Notes: a model not told the origin generated them from the letters alone. Positions 12,326 to 26,197 are shown, counted from the first letter of the stretch. The stretch: 64,000 nt of DNA from Octopus sinensis (GCF_006345805.1 NC_043006.1:22630001-22694000), one strand, 5' to 3'. Made by a program: numbers and translations.

Positions 12326-13627
12326 CCTTAAAGGATTTATTTGAACATATTGATCCCAGTATTTTTGTTTTTTAAGTCCTGTACTTATTCTATCGAACTC
12401 TTTGTGCTGAATCCCGAAGTTACGGGGACTAAACAAACCAACACCGGTTGTCAAGTGGTGGTGGAATGACACACATATGCACCTTCCTGACAACCGAAAA
12501 GCTTCGGTCCGCCCAAGGCTACAATAGTAAGCATTTGCTCAAGGTGCTGCGCAATGGGAATGAACCTGAAACCACATGGTTGGGAAATAAGCTTCATGAC
12601 CATGTCGCAATGCCTACGCAGCTTCTCTCTCTCTCTCCCTCTCTCTCTCACTCACTCACACATACATACATATGTATGTAGGTAGGTAGGTAGTTAGCGA
12701 GCTGGCAGAAACGTTAGCACGCCGGGCGAAATGCTTAGCAGTATTTCGTCTGCCGTTATGTTCTGAGTTCAAATTCCACTGAGGTCAACTTTGCCTTTCA
12801 TCCTTTTGGGATCGATTAAATAAGTACCAGTCACGCACTGGAGTCGATATAATCGACTTAATCCGTTTGTCTGTCCTTGTTTGTCCTCTCTGTGTTTAGC
12901 CCCTTGTGGGTAGTAAAAAAATAGGTTGGTAGGTTATCCGATACAACTTTTTAAAGAGTGAGGTGAAAATTGATATTATCGTACCCCTTCGAATGGCATA
13001 GGATAACGGGGTGGGTATCAGTGGAGTGCAGTAAACTCCTACATTTCCCTTCTCCCTACGAAAAATTTTAAATTCAACATTTTGAGAGGCATTTTGAGAC
13101 CATTTGTAATGGATACTTGGATGCGCCCGACTTGTGAAGGAAGATTAAGATTTAGTAATTTAGGAATAAAGAAACAGTATTTAGAAATAACTTATATTAG
13201 TGATTACTAATTATCATATCTCAGAAGTTCAAGTGATTTGAAGGCTCATACTAAATTTAGTAATTAACCATTTGGGCAATTAACTATTTGCCCCCCCCCC
13301 TCCAAAAAAAAAACAACCCACCCTATTTTTTTTACTTTTTTTTCCACACAAACCTCCATTTTCGGCTATGAGAAATACAAATCTGCAAAAAAAATGGCAA
13401 AAATCGACATTTCTAAATTACCCCAACCCCACCCCCATTTCTTTCATTTTAAACTTTTTTCAGAATTTTTTTCTCTCAAAATATGCGGGAAAATACGGAG
13501 ATTATGATTCTGAAAAAATTTCCAAAAATCTTTGTAAAATTTGTTTTTAAGAATTTTTTCTTTTCTAAATATGCGGAAAAATACGGACATCAGGATTCGG
13601 ACAAAAATTTCAAAACATATCTGTACT

Positions 13628-13701
13628 TACGGTTACGGTTTTAGGGTTAAGGTTAGGGTTTTAGGGTTAGGGTTAGGGTTTTAGGGTTAGTGTTAGGGCT
13701 A
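13628..13701 (+). repeat. Interstitial degenerate (TTAGGG)n within an unclassified repeat
   Basis: ttagggttaaggttagggttttagggttagggttagggttttagggttagtgttaggg. Confidence 0.7.
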
Positions 13702-14038
13702 AGATTTTGCAGAAAAAAGTCAAAATTGAAGAAGTTGGGGCGGAGAAAAGAGGAAGAATTTTCACAATGCCAATTTTTGGCAATTTTCCGGAACCTCTGT
13801 ATCCGAAAAAGGGGATTTTTGGCAAAAAAAATTTTTTTTAAATAAACAAATTTGGGAGAAAATGGGGGGAGGGCGGCTGAAATCTTTTCACCATTTGAAT
13901 CTGAGAGTACGCATTAGCCAGCGTGATTTCGTTTGACTAAACTCCCTGCAAGATGTAAAATCAAGTGGTCATAAGGATTTGTGTTTACGGTTAAATAAAA
14001 GGATGTTTCTGTTATTCAGTATTCTGTAAACACAAAAG

Positions 14039-14420
14039 GAGGCGCAATGGCCCAGTGGTTAGGGCAGCGGACTCATGGTCATAGGATCGCGGTTTCGATT
14101 CCCAGACCGGGCGTTGTGAGTGCTTATTGAGCGAAAACACCTAAAGCTCCACGAGGCTCCGGCAGGGGATGGTGGTGATCCCTGCTGTACTCTTTCACCA
14201 CAACTTTCTCTCACTCTTACTTCCTGTTTCTGTTGTACCTGTATTTCAAAGGGCCGGCCTTGTCACTCTCTGTGTCACGCTGAATATCCCCGAGAACTAC
14301 GTTAAGGGTACACGTGTCTGTGGAGTGCTCAGCCACTTACACGTTAATTTCATGAGCAGGCTGTTCCGTTGATTCAGATCAACCGGAACCCTCGTCGTCG
14401 TAACCGACGGAGTGCTTCCA
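14039..14420 (+). mobile_element. tRNA-derived SINE, family C (ggaggcgcaatggcccagtggttagg...)
   Basis: tRNA-like head with ggtttcgattccc B box; related copy on the minus strand at about 33290-33620. Confidence 0.7.
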
Positions 14421-15281
14421 TCCAAACACAAAACCACGTTACTGTTCGCTTTTGTATCTTCAATGGATGTACTCAAACGAAATTGCACCTACTAATGTGT
14501 ACTCGTGAGTTCAAAAGGGTTAAACTAGAGCATATTTTTTACATGAAAATTTTAATTTTGGAGTTACGTAAAACAAAAGTATTGCATGGTTATCTTTTAT
14601 AGGACATGTAAAGGGTATCAACACAGATTTCACCTGTCTATACTCAGGCAAATACCCACAGGTGAGTGACATAATAGAGTGGAACTCCAGAGGACCTGGT
14701 CCCGCAAAAGCCGTACTGGTAGTGAGTTAGGAAATAAAGCGAAAGCAATAGGACATCAGGTAGCTGGATCAAAGAAGTAGCTTTTCTTCAGAATACATTA
14801 AGACGTGCTTCCATATATCAGGGTATATACATATATACAACGGGCTTCTTTCAGTTTCCATCTACCAAATCCACTCACAAGGCTTTGGTCGGCCCGAGGC
14901 TATAGTAGAAGACACTTGCCCAAGGTGCCACGCAGTGGGACTGAATCCGGAACCATGTGGTTGGTAAGCAAGCTACTTACCACACAGCCACTCCGACGCC
15001 TTTTATTGTAAACAAAATTTTATTACAAAACAAATGCAGATATTTTTTCGTGTGAATTTGTGTACAGACAATTGGCGTTAGGAAGGGCATCCAGCCGTAG
15101 AAACACTGCCAGATTTGACTGGGCCTGATGAAGCCTTCTGGCTTCACAGACCCCAGTAGAACCGTCCAACCCATGCTAGCATGGAGAACGGACGCTAAAT
15201 GATGATGATGATGATGATGATGACAACAGTGTTCATATAAATGAATGGAAACTAGATATAAAACATTCTTTTAATCAACTC

Positions 15282-15287
15282 TTTATT
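15282..15287 (-). promoter_or_regulatory. Candidate polyadenylation signal of the XRRA1-like gene
   Basis: tttatt on plus = AATAAA on minus, about 36 nt after the stop codon. Confidence 0.45.
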
Positions 15288-15322
15288 CTGAATGTGATGA
15301 AACACAAAGAAGGAAGGAAAAT

Positions 15323-15406
15323 TCAGGGTTTTTTTGACTCATTTTTGTCTTGAACATTTTTTTGTCGGCGTTTGTTAAAGAAACTATTCGCATAGTAATT
15401 CTCAAC
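15323..15406 (-). CDS. XRRA1: Probable last coding exon of the XRRA1-like gene
   Basis: Pyrimidine tract ending ctttctacag|GTT, phase 0. Encodes VENYYANSFFNKRRQKNVQDKNESKKP-stop; minus-strand AATAAA at 15282-15287. Confidence 0.65.
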   Translation of the reverse strand, partial: VENYYANSFFNKRRQKNVQDKNESKKP

Positions 15407-17639
15407 CTGTAGAAAGAGAAGAGGAAAAAGACAATAACATGAAACTAGATAGAAACTTATATTCTGATAAAGAGATTGCTGTTTGCTTGCAACATTCTTA
15501 ACTATCATTTCATATTTACCACAAGGCCAGCAATTTTAAAAGAATGGAGTTAGCCAATTACATCACACACACACACACACACATGCTCAAATGATATTTA
15601 TATTATCAACTTTGAAAGGATGAAAGGCAAAGTTGACCTCAGCAGAAATTGAACCCAGAATGTGAAGAGATGGGAGAAATGCTAAGTAACCAGTCCAACA
15701 TATTAATGATTCTACCAGCTTGCCTGAGGTTTAACTCTTTAGCATTTAATCCAGGAATATCCAACCCAAATATTCTACCAGTTTTATGTTCAAACTGGCC
15801 AGATCCAGCCTCTCACAGCTACCCTGTGGTGTCATTCTAAAACAAACAACCACATCTTCAAAATCTCAAAGCTATGAGATAATACAAGATTAATTTTATA
15901 AAATGTAAATAAATATTACATTTGACAAAGTAATCTAAATAATAATGGATTATATTTCTTTATTACCCACAAGGGACTAAACACAGAGAGGACAGACAAG
16001 GACAGACAAAGGTATTAAGTCGATTACATCGATCCCAGTGTGTAACTGGTACTTAATTTATCAACCCTGAAAGGATGAAAGGTAAAGTCGACCTCGGTGG
16101 AATTTGAACTCAGAACGTAATGCCAGACGAAATACCGCAAAGCATTTCGCCCGGCGTGCTAACATTTCAGCCAGCTCGCCGCCTTCTAAATAATAATGGA
16201 TTAACAACTATGACATACTGGCATTTATCCTTCTCTTTCTGTCTCTTTCCCTCACACTCTCTCATTCTTTCCCTCTTACTCCCTATCTTTCTTTCTCTCT
16301 CACCTATTCTTTCCTCCTTTCTCTCTTTCTCACATGCACAAACATGACAGACATTCAATAAAACCACAAGTCAACGTCAGCTCAACTCACAAGTCATCAT
16401 ACACAAGTGTAGAGGTTTTTATAAAAAATTCAGTTCTAAAACGTTATACAGTAAAAGAATCACAGCTAGCTATCACTCATGAACAAGTATGCTTTAGTAA
16501 CATGCATCATGCTTCTGGTAATTATTTTACATTCCTATGTATTCACAAGCAGATGTGGACACCCTATTGGCATCCTCACCTTTGAGCAAGTGGAACACTC
16601 AGGTTATAACAGCTGGAGGGGAAAGTGGGGGCTACACCATTACTTGGCTAGTATTTACAGCTGATCAGACTGGAATAATATGAAGTGAAATACCTTGTTC
16701 AAGGACATAATAAGCCACCTAATCCAAGAATTGAACCTATGACCTTATGATCATGAGCCAAACATCTTAACCACTAGGCCATGTGCCTTCACAGCATTGG
16801 ATAGAAATACATTCTTTCAGGTACGTTACTATTACATTTCTATAGACTTAGTAAAGAAGACACATATATATTTCTTTACTACCCACAAGGGGCTAAACAC
16901 AGAGGGGACAAACAAGGACAGACAAACGGATTAAGTCGATTACATCGACCCCAGTGCATAACTGGTATTTAATTTATCGACCCCGAAAGGATGAAAGGCA
17001 AAGTCGACCTCGGAGGAATTTGAACTCGGAACGTAGCAGCAGACGAAATACGGCTATGCATTTCGCCCGGCGTGCTAACATTTCTACCAGCTCGCCACCT
17101 TAAAGAAGACACATATAGCATACATGAGGTGCCTTTGGCTGTTGTGGCATACTAACTTTTTTTTATATCAGAGCCAATCTCTTCCTATGTTTCCCTATGA
17201 GAGCAAACATGTGTTTTAAAAACTGTGACCGTTAAGTTCAGTGGAAGTGCATGGAGGCACATGGCTTAGTGGTTAGGGTGTTGAACTTGTGATTGTAAAG
17301 ATTGTGGTTTCGATTTCTGGACCAGGCAATGCATTGTGTTTTCAAGCAAAACACTTCATTTCACATTGCTCCAGCCCACTCAGTGGGCAAAAATGAATAA
17401 TCCTGCAATGGATTGGTGTCCTGTCCTGGTGGAAAATATATATACCATGGAAACCGGGAAATTGGCCCTTACGAGTAGACATGACTTGAAAAGGTAACGA
17501 GCCTTTTTTTTAGTGGAAGTGAGTTCCAGGTAATAGCATGTATTCAACTATATGCACCAAAAATTCCATGTCAGTTTTCTTTGAAATGAGGCAAAGAGCC
17601 CATCTGTTTAGTACAGATAGTCAGGACTCTCATTACAGA

Positions 17640-18372
17640 GGAAGAAGGCATTTACACCCTAATTCAATGAGCTGGTAGCATAGTTGATCAAACTGCGATG
17701 CTGTATGATAGTGCATTGTGGACCTGGAATGTGGAGGACATGCAAAGGCTGGAGAGAAACAAAGCTGGTATGTTCTGTTGGATGAGCAATGTCTGTGTGC
17801 ATGTGCGACAAAGCACTGGTGTTTTAAGATAGAATCTGAGCAATGGAGGAATTATATGCTGTGTGGATGAGAGGAGACTACACTGATTTGGTCATGTGAT
17901 GTAGATGGATGAGGACAGTTGCATAAAGAAATGTCAACTGCTTAAAGTAAAGGGAGGTTATGGAAGAGGGAAACCCAGGAGGACATGGGTCAAAGTATTG
18001 AAGGCCAATCTCAAAATGTTGAGCCTTACAAAGGAGATGACAAAGGGTCGAGATACATGGCACATTGCTGTACTCAAGAAAACCCACCCAACACAACAGA
18101 ATTGGGATCCTAAAACCAAGGTGTCATGTAAAAAGTATTGGTGTGGGTGCTAGTGGCATGTAAAAAGCACTAGTGAGGGTGTTACATAAAAAGCATCCGG
18201 TACACTTTGTGAAGTGGATAGCATTGGGAAGGGCATCCAGCTGTAGAAACCAAGTCAAAACAGATTATGGAACTTGATGCAGCCCCTGATCTTGCAAGTT
18301 CCTGCCAAGCCAACCAACCCGTGCCAGCATGGAAAACAGACATTAAATGTTGATGATGATGATGATGGTGAT
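17640..18372 (+). mobile_element. Degenerate RTE LINE 3' fragment
   Basis: MDEDSCIKKC..L.V.G..GRGKPRRTW remnant followed by the RTE 3' UTR and (GAT)n. Confidence 0.75.
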
Positions 18373-19425
18373 GATAATGAAGATGGAACAACTGAGTACA
18401 TCATTCAAACTGCTAAAGAACCATTTCTCTACTTTGCCTCAATATTAACGTATCAGTAAAAGAAGGGCCTAATTTAGATATTGTGAGGTGCTGATTTATG
18501 GCAATTATTAACAAAGAATAAGGTAAATTATAGAAACAGACAAAAGAAACTAATGACAATGGATATTTAAGCATAATTATAAAATATTGTATTACTACAA
18601 ATCTGAGTCAGTAACGATCTTTCTAAATGATTGGTTTTAATTTGTTAATGCCAATTCATCATCATCCTTTAACATCTATTTTCCAAATGGTATAGGTTCG
18701 ATGGTTTGATCAGTGCTGGCAAGCCCCAGGTCCCAGTCTCATTTGGTTTGGTTTCTATGGCTGAATGCTTTTAACATGGCCCTGGCATGAGTGCTTTTTA
18801 CATGGCACCAATGCAGGGCTCTGGCAGGCCAATCCTCTTTACCAGGGGATGCAGCCTTAACACTTCTGCTGTGGGGGACAGATCTTCTTGAGTATAGCTA
18901 GGTACCAGGTGTTTCTGTCTTTTGTCATTTTGTTTGTAAGGTTCAGCATTAATGATCATCATCATCATCGTTTAACGTCTGCTTTCCATGCTAGCATGGG
19001 TTGGACGGTTCGACCGGGATCTGGGAAGCCAGAAAGGCTGCACCAGGCTCCAGTCTGATCTGGCAGTGTTTCTACAGCTGGATGCCCTTCCTAACACCAA
19101 CCACGCCGTGAGTGTAGTGGGTGCTTTTTACGTGCCACCGGCACAGGTGCCAGGCGAGGCTGGCAACGGCCACGATTGGATTGGTGCTTTTTGATGTTAA
19201 CTATTGATGTTAACTAGAAATTAGATTAATTGATTTAGATCCTTACTTAAATATAAATTATAATTAAACTAAAGAATGAAAAAATTTCTGGAATTTTTAC
19301 CCTCCTCTTCAAATTGTTAGTTTCTCTTAAATTGTAGATAGTTTAACCTATGTATAAACCCAGCCCTAAGATAAACTTCAAATGATTTGAATATATATAT
19401 ATTTTTTTAAATAATGAAATGAAAC

Positions 19426-19596
19426 TTGGACCCGTTTTATAAGCCTTCGGGCTTCTTTGTATTCTTCCTTGTATAAGGCTCGATTGCTGAATATTTCACC
19501 AAGGTTAACTTCATGCAATACAGTTTGCTCTCGGATATTCAGTAGGACTTTATCGATCCGCTCTTCAAAACTGTCTCCAGGCTTTGAAGCAGCTTC
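19426..19596 (-). CDS. XRRA1: XRRA1-like penultimate coding exon (donor at 19426 or 19432 uncertain)
   Basis: Acceptor poly-T gcag|GAA. Encodes EAASKPGDSFEERIDKVLLNIREQ...YKEARRLIKRVQ (cf. LLDDIFIRLRD...YLEAKRLLKEFQ). Both candidate donors are weak GT sites. Confidence 0.85.
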
Positions 19597-20462
19597 CTGC
19601 AAAAAAAAAAAAAATAAAAATGAATAAATAATAAAAATCAAAGTAACCCTCATTTCATCATTTCCTCATACACAGAAATATATGAGGAGACACGTTACGG
19701 GAGGAGGGGTGGGGGAAGGAGGAGGGGTGGGGAGGAGGAGGTGGTAGTGGAAGGGATTCATACAACCGTGTATGAGAAAACTGGCATGAAAAACCAACAG
19801 CAAAAATGGATATGAAATGAGAAATTCCAATAGGTTGAAAAACAGCCACCTTGGGTTAAATTGGGGGAGTACCCCACAAAACACAGATTGGTACTGCTGC
19901 CAAGATCAAGAGTCATCTCCTAACTATATTTTACATGCTCTTTCTGAAAATAAATCCATTCACCAGGTCCATTCAAGCCACTTCCACCAACCTTGCAGTG
20001 AATTTATAGGAAGGTGTCACTTCCCTCTCTTTTCATTGTAACTTTTTTTCACTAAGTAGAGGGCTTGAGGACTTAACCCAAAGGAAAAAGAGTATCTTTA
20101 GTCCTTTCAGTTTCCCCCATTGTACAGCCTCATTTGATAAAGCCATCCAACAGAAGAAAAATTACTGTTTGATCTTCCCAGCCAAAGGAAAGCGAGATGA
20201 TCTTTATGAATGGCTCTGCTGATAGCCAGATATAGTCTGCATGCAATGGCAGCTGTTCAATATAATTACACAAGTCTGAGATGAAGAATTTTTTTGTTGG
20301 CTGTGTGGTAAGTAGCTTGCTTACCAACCACATGGTTCTGGATTCAGTCCCACTGCGTGGCACCTTGGGCAAGTGTCTTCTACTATAGCCTCAGGTCGAC
20401 CAAAGCCTTGTGAGTGGATTTGGTAGACAGAAACTGAAAGAAGCCCGTCGTATATATGTGTG

Positions 20463-20493
<31 letters not shown>

Positions 20494-20984
20494 ATCTGTG
20501 TTTGTCCCCCTAACATTGCTTCACAACCGATGGTGGTATGTTTACGTCCCCATAACTTAGCGGTTCGGCAAAAGGGACCGATAGAATAAGTACTAGGCTT
20601 ACAAAGAATAAGTTCTGGGGTTGATTTGCTTGGCTAAAGGCAGTGCTCCAGCATGGCCACAGTTAAATGACTGAAACAAGTAAAAGAGTATAAGAATATG
20701 AAGAATTTGGGACGAAAAGTTGAAAATTAAAATATAAGATAGTGGCACCTTATTTTGTAATTAGTTTTCATTTCTAAAGGGATGGAGAATGGGAGAGTGG
20801 ATGGGAGTGCTAGTTGCTTACTAGTTTGAAATTTAGTCTTTTGGACTTGCATTGTGAGTCACACACACACATACACATGCATGCATATACATAGATACAT
20901 ATATAAACACACACACATTACATTGTCCATGTCTCCCTGTAAGTGTACTGTCAATAGAATAGATCTAAGAATACTAAATCTGAT

Positions 20985-22079
20985 AAAACAGTGAAGAAGA
21001 TTTCATCCTGTTGGTCAAAAAATTCAGCAGCAAATATGATAACATCATCACTTCAAAACTGGTTCCCAGTCAAGTGTTTTTTCATGTTGAGGAACAGATG
21101 ATAGTCAGATAGAGTTATGATTGACCAGTTCAAATCCACAGTCACATGCAACAGCCATTGAAATCAAGGACTTGAGTGCTGAAGCATTATCCTGATGAGC
21201 AAGACCCATTTCTTCAGTTTTCCTAGGTGTTTGGTCTTAATAGCCTTTCATAACTGCTCCAGCAAGTTGGAATAGTACTCTCTGTTGTTGGTGTGGCCCT
21301 TTTATAGATAGTCAATAAACACATTTTGCATCCCAAAACACTGAGACCATCACTTTCCTTGCAAATGAAACGACCTTGGCCTTCTTTGGAGCAGGTGAGG
21401 AGGAATGTTTCCACTGCATGGATTCTCTCTTTATCTCTGGCTCAACACTCATCCTGGATTAGGAAATGTTCAAGAAAACCAGCTAGATCTACCTAAAACA
21501 ATGTCAAATTTTCCCATGATATGATCAGTCTGGTGTGCTTTTGATCGGGCGTCAGAAAACATGGTACATACCAAGCATAAACTTTTGTCATGTCAAGTTC
21601 ATTTTGCAGAATATTCTCAACTTTCTTACAGGATATGCTAATAGTAGTGGATATTTGATTTATAGTAAATTGCCTATCATCCATCACCATGTGGTGAACA
21701 TGATCAATGTCTCCTTCAGTGATGGCAGTTACAGGATATCCAGACCTTGGGTCATCTTCAAGGCTCTTCCTTACCCCTCCTAAATTCTACATTGTTGATA
21801 AAGCTAGAGCACCATCTCCTAATGTAGTAACTATGGCTGCATGAATATCCTTGGGGGCTACACCCTTTTTCTTCAGGTGCTTGATAACAGCATGATGCCA
21901 AATTTTGTTGATTTTCAAGAAGATTTTTGAAATCTTCTTTGAATAGTCGGATGTCAGTTTATCTGGAAAGAAATAATGTAGTTACTAATAAGAAGTGTTG
22001 AAATTGATCCATGCAAAATTTCACAGTTGAACATCACTCCTTCATAATCAGCATATCAACTTTTCAGCCCATCCTCGTA
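20985..22079 (-). pseudogene. Degenerate mariner transposase fragment
   Basis: TIR-like end tacgaggatgggctgaaaag at 22079. Remnants MVMDDRQFTI.QI..TISIS...V..IL.NEL.M.KV.A.YVP..LT.DQK. Left boundary approximate. Confidence 0.7.
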
Positions 22080-22092
22080 TGACTACACTTAC

Positions 22093-22199
22093 CTTTGATT
22101 TTAAAACAAGTTCTTGTGTAAAATTCTTTGGAATGCGTCTTTTGAATGGTAAATCAGTTTTTAGCGCCTGGCGTAGTGCATTGATATTCATTAATTTAT
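22093..22199 (-). CDS. XRRA1: XRRA1-like exon (107 nt, phase 1 to 0), not in the ORF track
   Basis: Acceptor ttcctgcgcag|AT and donor AAG|gtaagt. Encodes (D)KLMNINALRQALKTDLPFKRRIPKNFTQELVLKSK (cf. QKNAQALQQMLKHPL); phases fit both neighbours. Confidence 0.85.
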
Positions 22200-24326
22200 C
22201 TGCGCAGGAAGGGAAAATATTTAGTAGAAATAACTGGGAAATATTGTTTATAAAATATATATACAGGACATAATTATTTTATAGTAATGAAAGGAAGAAG
22301 TGACAATACTAATGGGCTTTACTAACCTCTTCCTGCCAATGGTGAAATTGATGTGACTGAAGTTCTCTTGGAACATCAGTAGATTAGTACCAATTGGAAA
22401 AATGCAAATAGAGAAGGAAATTCCCTTTCTGATAAGGAATAATTAGAATAAATTTTATGCAAAGGTAGGCAGGAAGGCAAGCACAGTAGTAATGACAAAG
22501 AAGAGACAAATGCTGTGACAGATAAGTCTATGATAGGAGGATATAGAGTAAGATAGTTCAAGCCAGCATAAACTGTTGTCATAGAGGTAGATGAAGCAGT
22601 GAGAAGAGACACGTGTGTCAGATAAGTTTGAATTAGAAGAGTACGGGATAAGATCGTTCAGAGGCAGCGAAAAGTAACAAGTTAGCTATGACCCAGTCGT
22701 TTGAATTTATTGGATGCAGTATTCACGTGTCAGGTAGCAACACTATTCCAACTATGTGAGTAGTACTCCAATATATTTATGAGATGAGCAAAGGACTTTT
22801 TCTTAATGCATTTTATGAATCAGCTGTTACACAGAATGATCTGTTGGACAAGCCTGTTATGATTCGTGGCTTTGAATTAACTGTTAGTGTTTCATTTACT
22901 TTTATGCTGGGACAGATCTTTCAGATCCCTTCCAAGAAAATGTCAGCAATTTCAGAAGCAAACCGTTAATCCCTGAGTTTAACTGATTCCTGTCCCACTG
23001 TTTAAGTCCTTCTGCACCCCCCCTCGCTCACTGCTACTACAACAGCAGCTATTCTTATTTCTTTATTGCCCACAAAGGGCTAAACATAGAGGGGACAAAC
23101 AAGGACAGACAAAGGGATTAAGTCGATTACATCGACCCTAGCACGTAACTGGTACTTAATTTATCGACCCCGAAAGGATGAAAGGCAAAGTCGACCTCGG
23201 CGGAATTTGAACTCAGAACATAGCGGCAGATGAAATACCGCTAAGCATTTCACCCGGGTGGCTAACGATTCTGCCAGCTCGCCGCCTTATAAATGTTGTT
23301 GGCGTCATAATAATTTATAAAAAGCAGCTATTCTGTTCATCCAAATCTTGACATTACACTACCTCTATCTAAACGTAATTTTGTCCCATTTCTCCATGTC
23401 TTGCACTGCTCCCTAAACGCACCCTTCAGCCATATCTGTGCCTATATTACTGATGTGAATTCTTAGAATTCACAGTTCTCTAGTACAGCTACTATACTAT
23501 GTTCACTGGGGCTGTGGATTCAAGTCTAGTCATAGAAACATCTCAGTGGTATGCAAATAAAAACGTAATACAGCAACTCAAAATTTGCTACAGCTTAACC
23601 AATGTAGTAATTTGTACTACATTGATGGTGCATGGCTTAGTGGTTAGTGTATTCAGCTCACAATTGTGAAGTCGTGAGTTCAATTCCCGGCAATGCTTTG
23701 TGTCCTTGGGCAAGACACTTTATTTCATGTTGCTCCAGTCCACTCTGCAAGCAGAAATGTGTTGTATCTGTAGTTCAATGAGCCAGACTTGTTACATTCA
23801 GTGTGTCTTGCTGAATTTCCCTAACAACTACATTAAGGATATGCATGTCTATGGAGTGCACATCCATAAGAGTATACTAGCTTAATTCCTCTCCAGTCTT
23901 TGCATGTCCTCTGCACTCAGAGCTCACATCTCAGTAGCATAGCTGTTCATATCCAAGCATCATGCAATCTGATTTTCACTCTGGGAGGGAGTCTATTGTT
24001 GCCAACAGAAAGAAAGTCCTTTGAATTTTCTCCATCCTATTCTTATTCTAGCAACAATTCTTTCAGAACATCCTCCACTCCTAATTTGGTCACCTAGGTA
24101 ACAGAAACTATCTACAACCTCCAGGGAGCCTGCAATTTGTTGGGGTGGGACAGTGGATTATAATCAATATCAATATCATCACATTACAGACACCTTATTC
24201 CATCAACCCTCAGAAGAACACAAAGCAAACACAACCTCAGTAGGACTCGAACCAAGAAATGCATCAAACAACAACCGCATCAGATAGCAAAATTTTATGA
24301 AATCTTATTGTGGTAGGATTTCTCAC

Positions 24327-24552
24327 CATTAGAAGAAATAATCTTTGTACTGACATCATCGTCATCAAAAAGCACTTCATAACCTTTGTATTTTCCTTTA
24401 ACTGGACTATATGCTGAAGAATTTTCGTCATGACTAGCTTCTGTATTTAACAAATCTTCGTTCGTCGTTTTAGCTTTTGCCTTTTTCGATACTTTACGTT
24501 TTCTTCCATCTGCAGATTGTTTCATGCCTATAAATTCTCCGTCTTCTTTTGG
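24327..24552 (-). CDS. XRRA1: XRRA1-like exon (226 nt, phase 0 to 1)
   Basis: Acceptor caacttcag|CCA and donor G|gtgaga. Encodes PKEDGEF...KGKYKGYEVLFDDDD...SSN (cf. XRRA1 PSKYHGYEELL). Confidence 0.88.
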
Positions 24553-26163
24553 CTGAAGTTGACAGAGAAGAAAAATATTCACAACATGAAAGAGGAATTT
24601 GAGAATTGCTTCTGTTTAGAGCAAAAAAAAAATCCATTTGTGACTATGTTATAAAGATGCTTGCTTCCCAACAATGTGGTCTTGGGTTCCACCCCACAAC
24701 ATAACATATTGGACAAGTGTCTTCCACTATAACCTTGGGCTGACCAAAGCTTTGTACACAGATTTGGCAGATGGTGTTTCCCAACCACACAGTTCCAGGT
24801 TCAGTCCCACTGTATGGCACCTTGAGGAAATGTCTTCTACTATAGCCTCAAGCTGACTAAAGCCTTTTGAGTGGATTTGGTAGACAGAAACTAAAAGAAG
24901 CCCATTGTGTGTGGGTACATATTTATGTGTGTGTGTCTTTGTGTCTATGTCTGCCCCCCCCTCCATTGCTTGGCAACTGATGTTGGTGTGTTTACGCTCC
25001 CGTAACTTAATGGTTCAGTAAAATAGACTGATAGAATAAGTACTAGACTTACAAAGAATAAGTCCTTTAACCTCAAAGGGATTAAGTCGATTACATCAAC
25101 CCCAGTGCGTAACTGGTACTTAATTTATCGACCCCAAAAGGATGAAAGGCAAAGTCGACCTCGGCGGAATTTGAACTCACAACGTAACGACAGACGAAAT
25201 ACGGCTACGCATTTCACCCGGCGTGCTAACGTTTCTGCCAGCTCGCCGCCTTTATTTGTGTAATACCGTTTTACACCAGACATGTATACCCACATCATAA
25301 CACATAATGGAATTTGATGAGATGAATTTTCTACAGCTAGAGGTGGCCTGTCTGTTGCCAACCTTCATCTGTTTCCAAGTAAGGTAATACATCACCATGA
25401 CCAGGTATGTTTTCATGGGAAATTGGAAACAATGGACTCCACCTGCATGATGGTGACCCTCGTTTTACAACTTTTGTACAATACCAGGGTCAAGGACACA
25501 ACAACACACACACACACACACACACATGCATGAAGCCTAGACTATAAGCTTTCTGTATATAGCTTACCTGCACACATAGCAGAAATCAAGGGACACAACC
25601 ACACCTCTATTTTACTAATGTCAGTTTGTCATGGGAAGAATCAAAGTCATCAAAGAAGATGTTTTCTGATTTTAAAGAATAATATTATCTAAACAGTTTT
25701 TTTTATAAGACAAGAAACAAGTAAAACATGTTTGGGTGCCAAACAACAACAGATATTGTCTTATCTGCTGATTATAAAGCTTCAGTGATCACAACAAGTG
25801 ACTTTTAACATCAACCCTTTAGGATATCAGGCCAAAATGTTCTGCCACTTTTATATTCAAATTAGCCAGAGCCAACATCTTATATCTAGTCTACAATGTC
25901 ATTCCAAAAATAAACAATTACATCCTTGAAATCTTGAAGCCACAAGATGATACTTGTTTAATTCAAAACATGAATAACTAATACAGTTCTATGTTTAAGA
26001 GATGAGGAATTGTGTACATTATTTACATTTGACAGATATTTGTTCTCATCTTGTTTGTTGTTAACACAACATTTCAGCTGATATACCCTCCAGCCTTCTT
26101 CAGGTGTCTTGGGGAAATTTCGAACCTGGATTCTCATTCCTAAGGTATTTTTTGATGTTGTTG

Positions 26164-26197
<34 letters not shown>

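Noticed and set aside
13628-13701. True telomere or chromosome fusion site
   Set aside because: Short, degenerate and embedded in a dispersed repeat; similar ttaggg bits occur in the Merlin-like MITE.
14039-14115. tRNA gene (also other SINE heads)
   Set aside because: tRNA-like A/B boxes continue into SINE bodies present in multiple copies; no complete cloverleaf recognised.
22330-22800. Possible retroelement coding remnant
   Set aside because: Purine-rich and coding-like, but no diagnostic motif recognised.
26063-26108. Hammerhead on the minus strand (gacac-CTGAAGA-aggctg...cagct-GAAA-tgt-t-gtgtt)
   Set aside because: Topology is recognisable, but stem III has lost its C (probable CpG decay) and stem II is mismatched. 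Counted only as a relic.
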